NCBI GenBank assembly: GCA_036172245.1
Contig: JAYWIR010000047.1
Span: 558,001 to 622,000, forward strand
Source: Raillietiella orientalis
Taxonomy: Eukaryota
Direction: 5' to 3'
Length of the DNA stretch: 64,000 bases
Part shown: piece after piece, positions 60,301-64,000 of the stretch
Numbering within the stretch: the stretch's first letter is position 1
How the letters are laid out: the number at the start of each line of letters is the position of its first letter
Made by a program: the position numbers and the translations under genes
Notes under the pieces: model-generated
Told to the model about the DNA's origin: nothing
The model's database searches: none
What the model saw: only the letters and a program-made list of their open reading frames with translations

Positions 60301-60324
60301 CTGATACTTCCGGCAGATCTTTTG
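51324..60324 (-). CDS. NXN: Nucleoredoxin-like thioredoxin-fold protein, 3' exons (5' exons not found in the window)
   Basis: Exons 60324-60070 (..[13 protein letters not shown]), 56490-56390 ([18 protein letters not shown]), 52068-51873 ([11 protein letters not shown]), 51818-51728, 51678-51563 and ~51515-51324 splice in frame. The WCPPC active site is formed across an intron. Confidence 0.92.
53950..54420 (+). mobile_element. Possible pogo/Tigger N-terminal remnant
   Basis: KITHRQK.. and [13 protein letters not shown] weakly resemble HTH-psq and CENP-B HTH segments. Confidence 0.25.
56600..58400 (-). mobile_element. Decayed non-LTR retrotransposon RT (CR1/L2/Jockey-like) in a nucleoredoxin intron
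   Basis: W..LPV....K...LRP (WK..V.P.K..YRP-like) near 57650, then CFDFSRE (LDFSKAF-like) near 57300. Confidence 0.45.
58400..59990 (-). mobile_element. Tandem 3' fragments of a LINE family also present at 60780-62800
   Basis: 58655-58850 aligns with 60983-61165; 59406-59582 aligns with 60788-60970. Translation [13 protein letters not shown] resembles the LTGH region of LINE C-termini. Confidence 0.55.
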
Positions 60325-60779
60325 CTGCAATTCAAGAAGAATTCGCAGGTGAGAAGAAGATTTTGCGCGAGCGCTCTCCGAAAGAAATCAGCAATCTCAT
60401 CGCAACCAAACCTGCAGCGCGCAGAACGTACACGCTGAGGTCCGTACACGCGACCTGATAGAATCATCGAACGATCCGATGCGATCAAAACAGATCTCCG
60501 ATCACATGGGCATGCTAAGGGGGAATGATCTTCGAAGGTAATGAACGCAGTGCTATTAAAGAAACGTGGTCCAGTATATTCGGAAACAAGAAATCGAAGG
60601 ATTGCGTAATTTAGCACTGTGTACAGTGCTGCGATTTGTATTGCAGCACACTCTGAATGCCTCGGAAGACATTTCATAAAGCAGAAAATTAACGATCCGC
60701 CAAGTCATTCCTTGTTGGACCGTCGGGTTGGTTTTTTGCCCGCAATATTAGAACGCGAATCTCCTTCTGAGGGAAAAGA

Positions 60780-62800
60780 GCTCGTGATCAAGGGAAGAAA
60801 GCGGATCCTCCGGCAGTGCGTTCTTGCGCAAAAAAAGAAAGAAAGAAAAACAAACAAACTCTAGAAGATGTGAAACACCAAGGAGCGAGTCGAGATCATT
60901 TAGCTGCAGCTTCCGACCAAAGGGGATCAAGGAACCAGAGTTCCTTCTAGAGCTGAATTTTCGTGGCTCTTTTTTGGTGCGGAGAAGTGCCCTTGCAGGA
61001 AAGCGCCCGCGGGGCCGCAGGTCATGCATGTATGGAGAATTTGGCTGAAAAAAGTCGGTGGCAGAGGAGATCCTGAACGTCGCAAGCGAGGGTCAAGAGG
61101 CAAGCTGCGCATCTCCGTTTCAGATTTGCCTTCCTCTGGGATCCGCGAGCTGTGAGCAAGCAGCTGGCTAGCAGAAAGCTCCTCCGGAAGGTTATAAACA
61201 GATCTCACACAGCCTTCTGGCGAATGACTAATCCAGTTGTCTCGAGTGACCGCCATCGATTTCGAAATGATGTAATCCGGAGAGCGTTCGCTTTCCAGCA
61301 ATCTCCACCTGGCAGCACAATTCATCTTGAGACTGTGCCGAGGAAGGTGGCGTATTCCTTTGCCAAGACACACGTCAAGAATGCGTCTCCTTCCTGGTCG
61401 TCTGCCACGAATATGAGCGCAGGACTGAGAGGTCTTCGCTCACGAGCTCTGCACAGAACTGCGCTTTCATGGAGGACGCTCCATTTTGACAGCTTCCTCG
61501 CAGAGTTTGTCGAGTATCAATTGCAGCAAATGCCGTCGAAACAACTCCCTCCGCACCAGATACAAGTTTACTCATTCCATGCCAACCACGTCGCAATCTG
61601 TGATGTCTTCTCGAGAGAGCTCCAACGCAGTCCTGGCCGGGACCGGCCGCTTGGATCGAGAGACGAGGAGGTCCTGATCCACGACATCGGAGTCAGCTTT
61701 ATCTTTCTGCCATGTCTTTTTGCGTCACGGAGACGCGAGAAAAATCCTTGCCCCCGTTTTCTTTTACGCACGCTAGACGCGGAAGACAAAAAGGGAAGAC
61801 CTTACCACCATCGAGCACTGCGCTTGCGCTCTCTTTTCGACTCACTCGGCTGAAAAATTCGCTACCAGGGGAACAAGCACTGGCTCTCTCCCTCTCTTTC
61901 TTGATCATCAATCAGCCTAAGATACCAACAACGACTTTATTCCCAGAATTCATCTTATACTTTTAAATTCTTTTCCACGCAGAGAAAGCGCACTTCGATG
62001 GACATTCTTCGTCTTTGTACCGGGGATTTCATTTTGCCACCCATCGCGTCACATTCCATGCTTCTCATCTCATCGTTCCAATCAGCAGCCTTAACGATCC
62101 TCGATAAGGTTCTTCTTGATATCTCTTTTGATCTTTCCAACCCCTTCCTCTTCTTTCGAAAGGGGACGACTTTGTGTTGCTTACGAGATTTACGATCTTT
62201 CAAAACCCTTCGATAAGAAATTTTCTTCTTCGCATCCTAAAGGATACAGCAGCCTTCCCGTCTCTGTGCCGTCGTCTTCGCACCGCACGCAACCCCTATG
62301 TCGATGTGCTGACCAGGGGCCGCTGGAAACTACTGGAATCCGGAAATCGGCTCGAAAAACTGTTGCGAATTTCCACGACCGCCCGCCTATCACAGAACTC
62401 GGCATTGCGTAGTGGACCTGTCCACCTGAAATCACCCGGACAGCCACTCGGGTGATCCGGAGGGGGGTTGCCGGGAAACGCTGAATCTGGAGCCGTCTTC
62501 TGGCGGCGGCGAAGTGGATTTTGACATCTTCAGAACGTGAGGGATTTAACCACACTTCCTGTTCGAGTGCTCTCTGCCAACCTCTCCGGTAAGCGATGAG
62601 GGACGGAGGAAAGAACGCCACCGAGGGTGGTCGGCGGCAAACGAACACCAAGAGAGCCGCATGAAAAAAGAACAAATTGATGTCTCTAGCTACTGACCTC
62701 AGCATCGAGCAGAGTGGCACAGAGTGGAAGCGCGCCGGGCTCATAACCCAGAGGTCCACGTATCGAAACCACGCTCCACTAGTGCCCTTTTTCTTTCACA
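60780..62800 (-). mobile_element. Decayed LINE (RT to C-terminus)
   Basis: KVVPFRKKRKG (RT domain 1-like), FVADD, and C-terminal segments shared with 58400-59990. Confidence 0.45.
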
Positions 62801-63408
62801 GCGTCATTTTAATCGCGCCAACTCACGACGAGAGAATTTTCAGCGTTGCTGCTTCCCAAGCCGCGCGAGAAGGGATCGAGGGACCGCAATTTGGGGTTCC
62901 GGAGGAGCTCTCTGCAGAAAGTGACGTTTTACACCAGGAAAAAACGGGAACAGTACGGTGGGAATGACGCTTTGGTTTACAAAAAGGGGAAGACTTGTGC
63001 TAGCACAGCTCTTCCCTCCTACCACTTCACATGCTCCGGCATCTTACTTTACTAATGGGGTGGCTCCGAGCCAAGCATTGTATTTTGGATAGAAAAAACG
63101 GGATTTAAAAATCCTAATTAGGATTAATTAACAAAAAAAGGGGAGGTGGGGGGTAGAGAGCGCACACGAAAATATCGAAATGGTTTCTTTGATGCATCAA
63201 CTTCTGACAGGCTTCACCATCACACGGGGGAAGGCATAGATCGGATTCTATCTCCCTCGAAAACCGAGGCAGTCCGTGAATTCAAGAAACAACCGCAGCT
63301 CAGCGCAGATCTCTCATCAGTCTTACAAATTTCATCCATTGCAAAAAGTCCGACCCGTGACTAACGCAAGTCCCAGAAAGTTGCTAGCAAAGGAGAAACT
63401 TCAATTAC

Positions 63409-63409
<1 letters not shown>

Positions 63410-63441
<32 letters not shown>

Positions 63442-63709
63442 GCACGGTAGCAATTCTGATTCACGAAGATGGTTTGCAACCCGGAGAACCGTCTTTTTTC
63501 TTCTTCCTCCTCAAAACCCAGAAAAAAAAAAAAAAAAAAAACGGAATACTGCATCCTTGGGAGAGCCGAAATGAAGGTGTACAGGTTGATCATGGATATA
63601 CACAGACGAAATACACCCGACATGTAAACATCAAAGCTCGCGAGGGGGGAAAACAGCAACCCGGAACCAAACGGACCGGAAGCAGCAGCAGCAGCAGCAG
63701 CAGCAGCAG
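63410..63709. repeat. Microsatellites: (GA)n 63410-63440, poly(A) ~63522-63541, (GCA)n ~63682-63709
   Basis: Directly visible simple repeats. Confidence 0.9.
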
Positions 63710-64000
63710 TCCTTCTCCACCGAGCGAGTTTGGATTCCGAGTGGCGTGCCACAGCCTTCGTCTTTGCTGAACTCGTGCACGCCGCACTGTGGTCAAGTCA
63801 CGTCTCCATGATTTGGTTTGCCGACTGCCAATTGAATGGTGACAGCGATCGGGGAAGATCTCAATGACCGATAATCTTTCTGGATGTGGATTTGAAAAAG
63901 CACCGAGTGGAACCAGACTAAGTTGTGCTCTGTAAAGGGCACTACGCGGGCAATGATATTAAGATGAAGTAACCTTCATTTTTCTCGTGCATCAGAGCAA

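Noticed and set aside
58655..61165. Apparent circular permutation of two repeat segments around a nucleoredoxin exon
   Set aside because: Explained by separate truncated copies of one LINE 3' region in tandem on the minus strand.
1..64000. CRISPR array, rRNA or prokaryotic operon
   Set aside because: No regularly spaced repeat-spacer array and no rRNA motifs seen; genes have spliceosomal introns.

Overview
Eukaryotic (animal, probably arthropod) genomic DNA with very short introns (mostly about 40-70 nt). Host genes sit at both ends: the 3' end of a PKA type II regulatory subunit gene, a complete WASP/N-WASP gene (655-2375), a complete HIP1/HIP1R (Sla2-like) gene (46900-51255), and the 3' part of a nucleoredoxin gene on the minus strand (51324->60324). 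Between WASP and HIP1 lies a ~42 kb GC- and CpG-rich island of nested mobile DNA. It holds decayed BEL/Pao, Gypsy, hAT, mariner and LINE relics, and most long ORFs in the track there are GC-rich noise. The most interesting structure is a two-component system. First, a tRNA-derived repeat family ('Y': A box, two tandem B boxes, then a ~500-700 bp hairpin-rich body) occurs in at least 7 copies. Second, 5'-truncated L1/Tx1-like retrotransposon copies end in AATAAA plus a GC stem-loop rather than poly(A). Three of them sit inside Y copies, two at the same nucleotide ~110 bp downstream of the first B box. Also present: a TSD-flanked 35-nt U2 snRNA retro-fragment, a fold-back mariner built from two 3' ends, and sharply bounded identity islands between otherwise diverged repeats. 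All alignments and family calls were made by eye; no database search was run.
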